This document shows positions 9,601-17,604 of a DNA stretch of 64,000 bases, in pieces. The notes under the pieces were generated by a model that had not been told where the DNA came from, ran no database searches, and was given only the letters and a program-made list of their open reading frames with translations. The position numbers and the translations under genes were made by a program. Origin of the DNA: Mycobacteriales bacterium. GTDB taxonomy: Bacteria; Actinomycetota; Actinomycetes; Mycobacteriales; QHCA01. The stretch covers positions 26,357-90,356 of the forward strand of contig JBBQNN010000006.1 of NCBI GenBank assembly GCA_038329965.1, given 5' to 3'. Each line of letters opens with the position of its first letter. Position 1 is the stretch's first letter.

Positions 9601-12228
9601 CATGCGCAGCGCCAGTGGGTCGGTGCGCAGGGTGCCGGCGAGCATGGCTGCCTTGTTCTGGGCCAGCACGAACAGCTTGCCCTCAGGATCGGTGACATTG
9701 CCACCGCCACCGCCGCCGCCGCCGCCACCGCCACCGCCACCGCGGACGGTGCGCAGGATGGTGACCGGAACGGCGACGATGTTGAAGTGCTTGATCGGGG
9801 TGTCGTGGCTCCCGTCAACCTGCTTGGACGGGCAGAGGCCGTCGGCGCGGTTGGCGTACGGGTCGACGGGATGCGTCGCGTCGATGACCGGTGCGGCACT
9901 GCCCCACTCGCCGAGGAACGGCGAGCCGGAGTGGCCCTTGGGACTGAACGGCGGCCGCTTCCCGACATGGGTCCGCAGCAACGGGTACGACGGGCGGCCG
10001 TCGACCGGGTTGAACAGGATCGCCGGCCGGTCGCCCACGATCTTGTCCAGCTGGTCGCCCGGCAGCAGCCCGGGATGACCGGGCACGTCGGACGCGTCCG
10101 CCCAGGCGGTCTTGTCCTCCGGCTCGCCGAGCGCCCGGTCGCCGTTGCCACCGGCGGAGGTGTCGAACTTCCAGTCCCACACCGACGGGTCCTGGCTGGT
10201 GGCCTTGACGCCCTGCGGCGGCACCTGCTGGCGCACCCAGGAGTCGAGCTTGGCGTGGCTGTCGATGGTCTGGCCGTTGTCGAACGTGCGGTTCATCAGC
10301 TGGTCGGAGGTCACCGGCGCGGCCAGCGGGGTGCGGTCCGGCAGCGGCGCGAAGTCGGGCTGGCGGGTGTTGTAGACCCGCCAGAAGCTCCACATGCCCG
10401 ACACGTAGTGCTTCGCGATGTGGCAATGGAACAGCAGGTCACCGACGGTGTGCTGCACGCCACCGGCGCCGCCTTCGAGCTCAAGGTTGTAGGACTCGCC
10501 CGGGCCGATCGACTGCGCGTCGAGCCGGTTGGAGGCGACCTCGTTCTGCGGGTGCTTGTTCAGCCGGGTGTCGGCGTAGTTCCACGACGGGTCGGCCACC
10601 GGGTTCAACCGCCACCGGTCACCACCACCGTGCAGGTGGAAGACGTGGAACTTCTCCCCGCTGGCGTGGCTGATCCGGAACTTCGTCGGGTCACCGATGT
10701 AGCCGCGGGGCATCGGCGTCGCCGGGTCACCGAAGGTGTAGGAGCTGTAGGCGTGCGACTTCTCCTTGCCGAAGGCCAGCAGCCGGTTGCGGAACGGCTC
10801 GGAGCGATAGCTCACCGCGAAGTGACCGGGGTTGTAGCTGCCGGTCAGGGAGTCGACCTGCGGGAGGGCGTGGTTGCTCTTGTCGTTGATCGTCTCGTTG
10901 TCGGAGCCGATCTCGTGGTGCATCAGGATGGCCTCGCGGAAAGCCGGCGTCGCGCCGGGGACGACGGTGGCCTCCCAGCCGGAGATCAGCGGCTGGCCAA
11001 CGACGCTGGCATTGAGGTAGGTCGAACCAGCGGGCTCGACGTTGAACATCCCGAACAGGCCGTGGTCCACCTGCGACCGGAAGCCGGGTCCTGGGTGGAT
11101 GTAGTGCGAGCCTTCCAGATTGGCATCGTTGGGAACGTAGTAGCGGTAGCTGGAGGTGTTGCCGCCGCTGACGGCCGAGTCGGCGTTCCGGCCGATCGAG
11201 TCCCCGGAGGAGGCCGTCGCGAACAACAGCCCGTCGATGTGCAGGCCGTAGCTACCGCCCGAGGCGCTGTTAGTGAAGTTGATGGTGACGCAGTCGCCCT
11301 CGTTGGCGCGGATCGACATGGGCTGGATCGGGTCGTCGCGCAGGCCGATGGAGACCTTCTGGCTGGCCTCCTCCTCGCGCACGGCCTGAAGGGCAGCCTT
11401 GGCGGTCCCTCCGGGGGCGGTCAGCAGGTTCTCCGAACGGACCCCGTTGTAGGTCGTGCTGGTGGCCACGAACATCTTGCCCTTGGGATCGTTGTCCCCG
11501 AACCGGTTGAGCGGCACCTTCACGTCGATCGCGGTGACGTCGAACGACCGCTGGTTGGCACCCGCCGGGCACGGGGCACCGGGATCGGCAACGGCAGCCG
11601 ATGCCGGCGAAGCCGCAAAGGGCATCAGGCTCAGCGTCCCGGCCGCCAGTGACACGGCAGCGATCCTGGCCGTCGGGCGGCGCCGGCCGTCGGTGCTGCC
11701 GCGTGGCCCGGTCAGTCGCGCGCGGAGTCGCGCAACGGCCGCTGTCGCACCCAGCGTGGCTGCCACCAGCGGCAGTGTCACGAGGAGCGCCAAGGCGACG
11801 TCGCGTCCGACGTTGGCGAGCACCGGCAGGTTGTTGGCCTCCGAGACGCCGAAAAGCCCCGCGTGTGCGGGGTTCGTGACGGCCAGGGCGACGGCGCCCA
11901 TCGTCGCGGCGAGCATCGCGAACATGGCGCTGCTCGCGGCGACGGTGAGCCGCTGAGCCGAGATCCGGGCGGTCAGGCTGGCGGCCGCCCAGACGGCGAC
12001 CAGCGCCAGCGGCAACGCGAGGCTGCCGTCCCGCAGCACCGTCGCGGCCAGCGGCGGCTGGCCGGTCGAGCCGCCGGCTGATGCCGTACGCAGCAGGACC
12101 ATCCAGAGACTGCCGCCGTACGCGAGCGCGACCGCCAGCGCGAGCAGTACGGCTAGGCGCGACCGGCCGGCGGGCAGGGCCCCGGCCTCGTGGTCCGGTG
12201 GCACGAGTCTGGCTACTGGTGGCCTCAT
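6664..12228 (-). CDS. giant multicopper-oxidase-domain protein with N-terminal TM domain and two C-terminal Fn3 domains (1854 aa)
   Basis: Cu-ligand motifs HVFHLHGGG, HCHIAKHYVSGMW, IHIHHVQ and WHDHVDGIHGWGHGLVG. About four N-terminal TM helices. Gly14 linker. Two terminal Fn3 domains. GAGGGA 7 nt upstream of the ATG. Confidence 0.9.
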   Translation of the reverse strand: MRPPVARLVPPDHEAGALPAGRSRLAVLLALAVALAYGGSLWMVLLRTASAGGSTGQPPLAATVLRDGSLALPLALVAVWAAASLTARISAQRLTVAASSAMFAMLAATMGAVALAVTNPAHAGLFGVSEANNLPVLANVGRDVALALLVTLPLVAATLGATAAVARLRARLTGPRGSTDGRRRPTARIAAVSLAAGTLSLMPFAASPASAAVADPGAPCPAGANQRSFDVTAIDVKVPLNRFGDNDPKGKMFVATSTTYNGVRSENLLTAPGGTAKAALQAVREEEASQKVSIGLRDDPIQPMSIRANEGDCVTINFTNSASGGSYGLHIDGLLFATASSGDSIGRNADSAVSGGNTSSYRYYVPNDANLEGSHYIHPGPGFRSQVDHGLFGMFNVEPAGSTYLNASVVGQPLISGWEATVVPGATPAFREAILMHHEIGSDNETINDKSNHALPQVDSLTGSYNPGHFAVSYRSEPFRNRLLAFGKEKSHAYSSYTFGDPATPMPRGYIGDPTKFRISHASGEKFHVFHLHGGGDRWRLNPVADPSWNYADTRLNKHPQNEVASNRLDAQSIGPGESYNLELEGGAGGVQHTVGDLLFHCHIAKHYVSGMWSFWRVYNTRQPDFAPLPDRTPLAAPVTSDQLMNRTFDNGQTIDSHAKLDSWVRQQVPPQGVKATSQDPSVWDWKFDTSAGGNGDRALGEPEDKTAWADASDVPGHPGLLPGDQLDKIVGDRPAILFNPVDGRPSYPLLRTHVGKRPPFSPKGHSGSPFLGEWGSAAPVIDATHPVDPYANRADGLCPSKQVDGSHDTPIKHFNIVAVPVTILRTVRGGGGGGGGGGGGGGNVTDPEGKLFVLAQNKAAMLAGTLRTDPLALRMNVGDCGKITLTNELPDVGAFDGNSKTTIHIHHVQFDVQGSDGVSTGFAYEHSVRPYAAEDPTLTAPAAVGDNVLHLSSVAKFQTKTADGAAAQPFIGTGMGTESIEVHQVVGVDAANKTVTLDAPLSNAHATGQYSGFEFIQYEWYADTQLDNIFWHDHVDGIHGWGHGLVGQLIVEPAGSKYTDPATGQAIASGTIADIQVDPSAPNYQALLPGKVNGSFRELALWTIDDNDRGDYSTLNLKAAPLKDRPDAANRFSSYKYGDPNTPLPRAYPGDPVVVRTINVGPSMDTLHFTGQRFTIDNRISYDASGKTQGDPGYGSPSTVGTLQDTILYGMSEKYTIALEGNGPNGRSKPGDYLYYNGDDRRLQQGAWGIVRVLGGSSSSLKPLPGTSLPSTPATNPSTLPAVTTPSNPCPTDAPTHAFNISAVDTPGAARSVFVDSSRAAAVQAGSIKPEPLVMHVAEGECVKVSLTNGRPFPVSFAVGKLDRNADSSGVNVGYSPDNNTAPGATRDYIYYADTHYVGTASVVDMAGTGGVAPDGVTVTPNSQKKGLYGSVVVAERGATFTDPQTGAAVDIGTQVDVHVPAVGTTPQKDYRDFSLLLADNDPAMSQDFMPYPDKAEPGGTNINYANAPSGDSAGTFHTGGSDPATPVLKAYVGDPMVVHEMVTPGSEQPHVFSLGGWSAPRDRWVPKSEQTANQQLGPGQTFDAEMVGGAGGGKSWAVGDYFYGDLRRPFTAIGVWGLQRFLPRPADCANVGSGNPVCLVGGAAPIAAVAPDAATIGTATAGNGSASASWTAPASDGGSPITGYTVTAVDGAGNTKTADVGGSALAGTVTALTNGTAYQLTVTATNAVGTGPPSELSNAVIPAVPVNVPGAPTIGSAANGVTTDAVISATAKWTAPVDNGGSAITGYLVAADQYNGSTFVSSTVWAKPISAAAISLKFTGLVAGKNYRFRVRAINAVGASAYSITSNQTTAR
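9701..9742 (-). repeat. (GGN)14 codon microsatellite encoding a Gly14 linker inside the oxidase gene
   Basis: Plus strand reads cca ccg cca ccg ccg ccg ccg ccg cca ccg cca ccg cca ccg. Translates as G14 in VRGGGGGGGGGGGGGGNVTD. Confidence 0.9.
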
Positions 12229-12322
12229 TGACCTGTCCCTCTATCTCTCGGTGATCCGCCTGATGAGTCAGCGCCGTCGAACCGCGGGAAGCGGACGCGG
12301 TGCATGCCGGAGAGATTGCGGG

Positions 12323-12351
12323 ACCGACCTTGCGGTGGCCTTCGGTCGACC
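12323..12351 (-). promoter_or_regulatory. three heptamer direct repeats at 11-bp periodicity (candidate SARP box upstream of the oxidase gene)
   Basis: Minus strand reads GGTCGAC cgaa GGCCACC gcaa GGTCGGT, 95-123 nt upstream of ATG 12228 and just downstream of the SARP stop codon. Confidence 0.3.
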
Positions 12352-12402
12352 TGTCGTCGGGGACTATTCGGACTTCCACCGTTGGTGCAGAAGCGCGACC
12401 GT

Positions 12403-14460
12403 TCAGCGTCCGGCGCTCGACCGAAATTCGCTCATGAGGACCGCCGGGGGTGGCGCCACGTCGGTGGCGCGAGCTACGGGCTGGCTCACGGGCTGCCGCG
12501 GGGACGGCCCGTCGGTGGAGCGGCGGGCCGGCCGGCTGACCAGCGGCGGGCCCTGGACGTCGGTCGCGCGCCGTCTCGGCTGGCCATCCTTGAGGGTCTC
12601 TGCGTGCAGGTTGATGATGAATCGGCGCGCCGGCGACAGGGTTTGCGCCAGTATGTGGACGACCCCGGGGTGCCGGAAGGCGAATGCCTGTCCGACGGTG
12701 ATCAGGAGGCGCTCTTCGACCAGCCGGTCCAGCTCCTCGGCGATGCCGTGCAAGTCGGTGCCCACGAGGCTGGCGAGCAGCTTGGGTTCGACCGGCTGGT
12801 CGAGTACGGAAGCCACCGACAGCAGGCGATAGGCCTGCGGGCCCAGATCCCAGCAACGAGTGAGAACCCACTCGCGCAGGTCGGCCGGAAAGGTCTCGGT
12901 CAGGTCCCGCCGCCGGGCCTCCAGGTAGCCGGCCACGAAAACCGGGTGGCCGCCGGTCGCGGTGTAGAGATCGTCATCGCCGAACTCGGACAGCTCGGCC
13001 GGCTCGAGCACGTCGAGATCGATGCGGAGATCAGGTCGCAACGAACGCACTGCCTCGCGCTGCATGCCGGCCCGGTCGCAGGTCATGATCACCGCAATCG
13101 GGAGCGTCGGGCACCGCCGCCGCAGATATCCCAGGGTGGTCAGCGTGTCGGCGTCGGCCCATTGCACATCGTCCAGCACGAGGATCGCCGGAGCCGCTGC
13201 TGCCAGTCCTGACGCAAGCTGCTCCATCGCGCGCATCCGGGCAAACTCGTCGAACGGCCGGTCTTGCTCGGATCGAACCAACAATTCGTCCAGGACCGGC
13301 AGCCCCTCGTCCGACCCACTGTCGAACATCGGCCGCAGCGCCATCGACAACGCCAGATAGGGCAAGCCCTGCTCGAGATCCGAACACCGGTTGGCGCCCA
13401 CTGCCACTCCGGCCGCGCCGGCAACCCTGTCCACGAGCCGGGTCTTGCCGATTCCCCGCTCCCCGGTCACCAACACCAGGGTGAATCGGCCGCCCAGCGC
13501 CGCCGCCACCGCCGACTCCAACTCAGCGAGTTCGGCCTTGCGGCCCACAAAGGGAACTCCGGCCGGCACATCGACACTGCCGGCCTGCGCAGCGGAACCC
13601 GATCCCAGCGCCGTCCCCGGCTTGCGCGGCGGCACGTTGGCGGTCTCCGGCAACCGTGGCAGCAGCGCCGCCACATCCTCGTGCCGCAGGATCGCGAGGT
13701 GCAGGGCCACCGTCTGACCCAACGGGTCGACGCCCAACTCGTCGGCCAACAAGCGCCGGCAGCGGTCGAAGGCCGCCAGGGCCTCCTCCTGTCGCCACAG
13801 TGAGTAGTAGGCGGTCATCAGCACCTGGTAGCCGGCCTCCGCCAGCGGCGCCAGCGCCACGGCGCGCTCGGCCAGCGTCAGCGCCGCGGCCGCCTCCCCC
13901 GTCAGCAACGACAACCGGCCCGCGTCGATCAGCACCTGCACCAGACGCTGCTGATACAGCGTCCGAAGATCCTCGGCCCACTCTGAATACGGTTCGTCCT
14001 CCAGAGCAGGCCCGCGGACCAGGCCCAGCGCCCGATTGAGCGTGGCCAGGGCCGCGGCCGGCTCGGCGCCCACGGCCGCCGCTACCAGGCCGTCGAACAC
14101 GTCCAGATCCACCTCCACCTGCGACACGTCCAGCCGGTAGCCGCCGGGCTCGGTCACGACCACCGAGCCGGACGCCCGGCCGCCGGGCTGCAGAGTTCGG
14201 CGCAACACAGAAATGTAGGTTTCGAGCGTGGCCACATGATTCTGTGGCAGCGCTTCACCCCAGAGGAGGTCCGCGAGCCGGGACTTCGACACGGCGTGGC
14301 CGCGCTCCGTCACGAGAATCTGCAGGACTTGCTTCGGTTTCAAACCCGGAAAGTCTCGACCAGCCAAAATGGCGGAGCCCGAAGACACCCGCAACTGGCC
14401 GAACACGTCAATGTGCAAACGAATCTCCCCAGGTCGCGCCCACCCGGAGCGACTCCCCAT
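12403..14460 (-). CDS. SARP/AfsR-family regulator (OmpR-type wHTH + BTAD + P-loop NTPase)
   Basis: N-terminal wHTH (KQVLQILVTERGHAVSKSRLADLLWGE). BTAD (YQVLMTAYYSLWRQEEALAAFDRCRRLLADELGVDP). Walker A (VTGERGIGKTRL). Confidence 0.85.
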   Translation of the reverse strand: MGSRSGWARPGEIRLHIDVFGQLRVSSGSAILAGRDFPGLKPKQVLQILVTERGHAVSKSRLADLLWGEALPQNHVATLETYISVLRRTLQPGGRASGSVVVTEPGGYRLDVSQVEVDLDVFDGLVAAAVGAEPAAALATLNRALGLVRGPALEDEPYSEWAEDLRTLYQQRLVQVLIDAGRLSLLTGEAAAALTLAERAVALAPLAEAGYQVLMTAYYSLWRQEEALAAFDRCRRLLADELGVDPLGQTVALHLAILRHEDVAALLPRLPETANVPPRKPGTALGSGSAAQAGSVDVPAGVPFVGRKAELAELESAVAAALGGRFTLVLVTGERGIGKTRLVDRVAGAAGVAVGANRCSDLEQGLPYLALSMALRPMFDSGSDEGLPVLDELLVRSEQDRPFDEFARMRAMEQLASGLAAAAPAILVLDDVQWADADTLTTLGYLRRRCPTLPIAVIMTCDRAGMQREAVRSLRPDLRIDLDVLEPAELSEFGDDDLYTATGGHPVFVAGYLEARRRDLTETFPADLREWVLTRCWDLGPQAYRLLSVASVLDQPVEPKLLASLVGTDLHGIAEELDRLVEERLLITVGQAFAFRHPGVVHILAQTLSPARRFIINLHAETLKDGQPRRRATDVQGPPLVSRPARRSTDGPSPRQPVSQPVARATDVAPPPAVLMSEFRSSAGR

Positions 14461-14748
14461 TGAAGCCTCGTATCCCCGGATAACGCCAGAACCGAAAGGG
14501 CACTTCTGGGCGTGCCCAACGACCTATTGACAAGTCTTGACCTATACGCCCAGTTTCCCTTCGTCACTATGAGTAGGTCGCCGGAGCCGCTTGGTACGGC
14601 ACCCGCACGCGCACACCGCACCCTTCTCGTCGGTCGGGCCGCAACAGGGCTGAAAGGTTTCCGAGAGTGGCTTTGCCGACAGTCGGGCGGCAGGTACCGG
14701 GCAACGGCACGAAGGTCGTAGGACCGTTCCGACCAGCGTGGGACACCA

Positions 14749-16680
14749 TTGTCCCGAAAGGCCACGAAGTCACCCGCCGCCGACGATGATGAAGGAGCGA
14801 CCAGACGTGGCGCAGGCAGTGAGGGGGCACGGCTTGTGGCGGACCTGCTCGGGACCGGCCTGGGCCGACCGGACGACGGCCTGGGCGCGCGCGTGTCGCG
14901 CTTCACCTTCCGCCACCGCCTCCTGGCCATCGGGCTGCTCGGCGTGCTCATGGCCGGCATCATCGCCCAGTCGGTTCTCGCCGGTCTCGGTCACGTCCGC
15001 CGGTCGGACGAGGCCGTCAGTCTGATCAGCCATGCTCAACGGCTCCAACAGGACGCGGACATGATGCACGACGCGTTGCGCGCGGACGTCTACATCGCCG
15101 TACACGTCGGGCCCGGAGGTACACCCGAGGCCCGTACGAAGATCAAAGGCGCGACCACGTTGCACGATGCCACGCTGCGGAGAGACCTCACCGACATCGC
15201 ATCGCTGCACCTGACCGGGCCGGCGGCGACGTCACTGGCGAGACTGCCGAAGCAGCTCGAGGTCTATGCCCAGGCCGCTGTTTCGCTGGTCGATACGGCA
15301 CTGGCCGAGCCGGTGACGACTGCCGACCTGCTCGGCTTCGAACGCAGCTTCGACCGCCTGGTCCGGACCCAGGCCGACGTGACGGGCCAGCTCGAGGTGG
15401 ACGCCCTGGGTACCCAGCGCGGCGCGGAGGACGCCGCCGCCGACGCGCAGCGGCAGATCCTGCTGGCCTCGACAGTGGCACTGGCCGTGCTCCTGTTCCT
15501 CGCGGGGATGCTGAGCCGCATGGGCGCGCGGCTGGTGCAGCTGGTCGCACGGCAACGGGGGATGGCCGAGACGTTGCAGCAGAGCCTGCTGCCCGACCGG
15601 CTGCCGGACCTGCACGGGCTGAGCCTGGCCGCTCGCTACGTCCCCAGCGGCACCGGCGTCGAAGTCGGTGGTGACTGGTACGACGTGATCACGCTGCCCA
15701 ACGGCATCGTCGGCCTGGTCATGGGCGACGTCGTCGGGCACGACCTGCGCGCCGCCTCGGTGATGGGCCAGTTGCGCAACGCGCTTCGCGCGTACGCCCT
15801 CGAAGGGCTGTCACCCGCCCTGGCCCTCGGCCGGCTGAATCATTTCGTCCGGCAGACCGACCCCGGCGAGATGGCGACGTGCGTCTTCGGCCTGTTCGAT
15901 CCACAGGCCTCGACCCTGCTGATATCCAACGCTGGGCACTACCCGCCGCTGATCGTGGGTCCGGACCGGCAGCCGACCTTCCTCGACTATGGCGAGTGTC
16001 CCCCGGTGGGCGGCCTCGACAAGACGGTCTACACCGAAACGCTCTTCCACGTACAGCCCGGCTCGACCGTCCTGCTGTACACCGACGGCCTCATCGAGCG
16101 TCGCGACGAGGATATCCAGTCGGGCATGGCGAGACTGCGCGCCTCGGCGACCGACGGGCCGGCTGACGTCGACGAGCTGTGCGAACACCTGCTTGCGAGC
16201 CTCCTGGTGAGCCGGGCACCGGCCGACGACGTGGCCGTCCTGGCGTTGAGCGCGCAACCCAAGCTCGGCGATGAGATACGGCTGAACGTACGGGCCATTC
16301 CGGCCGAGCTGGGCCCGATGCGACACACCATCACCCGGTGGCTGCAAGAGGCCCAGGCCACTCCCGACGAGGTCTTCGAGCTCACGGTGGCCACGTGCGA
16401 GGCTGCCAGCAACGCCATCGAGCACGCCTACGGTCCGGACGGCGCCGTCTTCGAGGTCGCGGCCGCGATCCACGGCCGGTCCGTCGACATCCGCGTCACC
16501 GACGCGGGACGATGGCGGCTGGCCCGTGGGATGGACCGCGGGCGTGGCTTTACCGTGATCGGTGAGTTCACCGACACCGTGAGCGTCGACACCACGGACA
16601 GCGGCACTACGGTACGAATGCGCCGCGAGTTGGCCGCGGTGAGGGCTCCGGAGCCCTTGCACACGACAGGAGCAGGGTAA
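14749..16680 (+). CDS. membrane-associated SpoIIE/PP2C phosphatase fused to an RsbW-like HATPase domain
   Basis: Two TM segments flank a helical sensor region. PP2C core (GDWYDVITLPNGIVGLVMGDVVGHD). C-terminal ATCEAASNAIEHAY...GRGFTVI. Start codon uncertain. Confidence 0.8.
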   Translation: MSRKATKSPAADDDEGATRRGAGSEGARLVADLLGTGLGRPDDGLGARVSRFTFRHRLLAIGLLGVLMAGIIAQSVLAGLGHVRRSDEAVSLISHAQRLQQDADMMHDALRADVYIAVHVGPGGTPEARTKIKGATTLHDATLRRDLTDIASLHLTGPAATSLARLPKQLEVYAQAAVSLVDTALAEPVTTADLLGFERSFDRLVRTQADVTGQLEVDALGTQRGAEDAAADAQRQILLASTVALAVLLFLAGMLSRMGARLVQLVARQRGMAETLQQSLLPDRLPDLHGLSLAARYVPSGTGVEVGGDWYDVITLPNGIVGLVMGDVVGHDLRAASVMGQLRNALRAYALEGLSPALALGRLNHFVRQTDPGEMATCVFGLFDPQASTLLISNAGHYPPLIVGPDRQPTFLDYGECPPVGGLDKTVYTETLFHVQPGSTVLLYTDGLIERRDEDIQSGMARLRASATDGPADVDELCEHLLASLLVSRAPADDVAVLALSAQPKLGDEIRLNVRAIPAELGPMRHTITRWLQEAQATPDEVFELTVATCEAASNAIEHAYGPDGAVFEVAAAIHGRSVDIRVTDAGRWRLARGMDRGRGFTVIGEFTDTVSVDTTDSGTTVRMRRELAAVRAPEPLHTTGAG

Positions 16681-16682
16681 CG

Positions 16683-17015
16683 ATGGTTCAGCTGCGCACA
16701 GAAGCCCGTGACTCGATGCTGCTGGCATGGCTGGATGGCGAGCTCGACATGTCCAGTACCGGTGGTCTCACAACCGAGCTGGCGGCGGCCGTGCCCAACA
16801 CGGCCGATGGTCTCGTCATGGACCTGTCAGGGCTGACCTATATGGACTCGGCCGGCCTCGGGATGCTCTTCGCGCTCGGCCGCCAGTTGCGCACACGGCA
16901 GCAGACGCTGCGCCTGGTCGTACCCGACGAGGCCCGGGTGCGGCGGCTGCTGGATGTCGGCAGCATCACGACGGTGGCGCAGATCTATCCGACCTTGGGT
17001 GCAGCACTGGCCTGA
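16683..17015 (+). CDS. STAS-domain anti-sigma-factor antagonist
   Basis: 110 aa; LSGLTYMDSAGLGMLF motif. Starts 3 nt after the phosphatase stop. Confidence 0.85.
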   Translation: MVQLRTEARDSMLLAWLDGELDMSSTGGLTTELAAAVPNTADGLVMDLSGLTYMDSAGLGMLFALGRQLRTRQQTLRLVVPDEARVRRLLDVGSITTVAQIYPTLGAALA

Positions 17016-17025
17016 CCACGGCCGT

Positions 17026-17511
17026 TCATCGGGTCCTCGTCACGGCGACCACAAGGTAGGTCTCGGTCGGGCTGTGGTCCCGGTTCTCCACGCCGATGGT
17101 GATGGCGAAGGGCGGTCTCCGCAGCATCGAGTCATTGACCGCCGTGAAGCCCTCGGCCAGGTAGAACGTGGCCGCGCTCCGCAACACGTCGCGCGCCGAG
17201 CCGATGGCAAGGATGAGCGCCGTCCACTGCCCAGCCGAACCGGCACTGCTCTGGAGCCGGCCGGCAGGGATCGGAATGTTCGACGGCCAGTCGAGCGGCA
17301 ACCGGGCGGCACCGGCCGCAGGGGCGCGGCCGGACCGGCCGCGCCCGTGTTGCCCGGTGCTCGGGGAGGCCGGTGCGACGGCCTGGCCCGCCGCCCCGGC
17401 CGGAGACGCAGGCGTGGCGGCCGGCGCCTGGCGGCCGCAACCGGCAGCCAAACAGCCACTGGCAAGCATTGCTGCCAGCAACAGCCTGGGGTGGGACCGT
17501 CGACGCATCAT
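17026..17511 (-). CDS. lipoprotein of unknown function
   Basis: Start at MMRRRSHPRLLLAAMLASGC (lipobox) with AGGAAG upstream. 161 aa. Confidence 0.6.
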   Translation of the reverse strand: MMRRRSHPRLLLAAMLASGCLAAGCGRQAPAATPASPAGAAGQAVAPASPSTGQHGRGRSGRAPAAGAARLPLDWPSNIPIPAGRLQSSAGSAGQWTALILAIGSARDVLRSAATFYLAEGFTAVNDSMLRRPPFAITIGVENRDHSPTETYLVVAVTRTR

Positions 17512-17550
17512 CGGTGGACTTCCTGTCGTCTGGTCGCATGGGGACAGCAA

Positions 17551-17580
17551 CAGGGCCGGGGCGCTTGGGCCCCGGCCCTG
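17551..17580 (-). terminator. stem-loop downstream of the 592-aa secreted-protein gene
   Basis: Perfect 12-bp GC-rich stem cagggccggggc / gccccggccctg with a 6-nt loop, 25 nt after the stop at 17605. No strong U-tract. Confidence 0.5.
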
Positions 17581-17604
17581 TCCGCTTATATTGCTAGCGG
17601 CGGC

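Noticed and set aside
9701-9742. The GGN repeat tract and the ~285-bp Fn3 coding repeats (1400-2800), considered as CRISPR-like or other non-coding repeat arrays.
   Set aside because: Both lie in frame inside long, well-supported ORFs and encode Gly14 and Fn3 domains. No spacer/repeat architecture is present.
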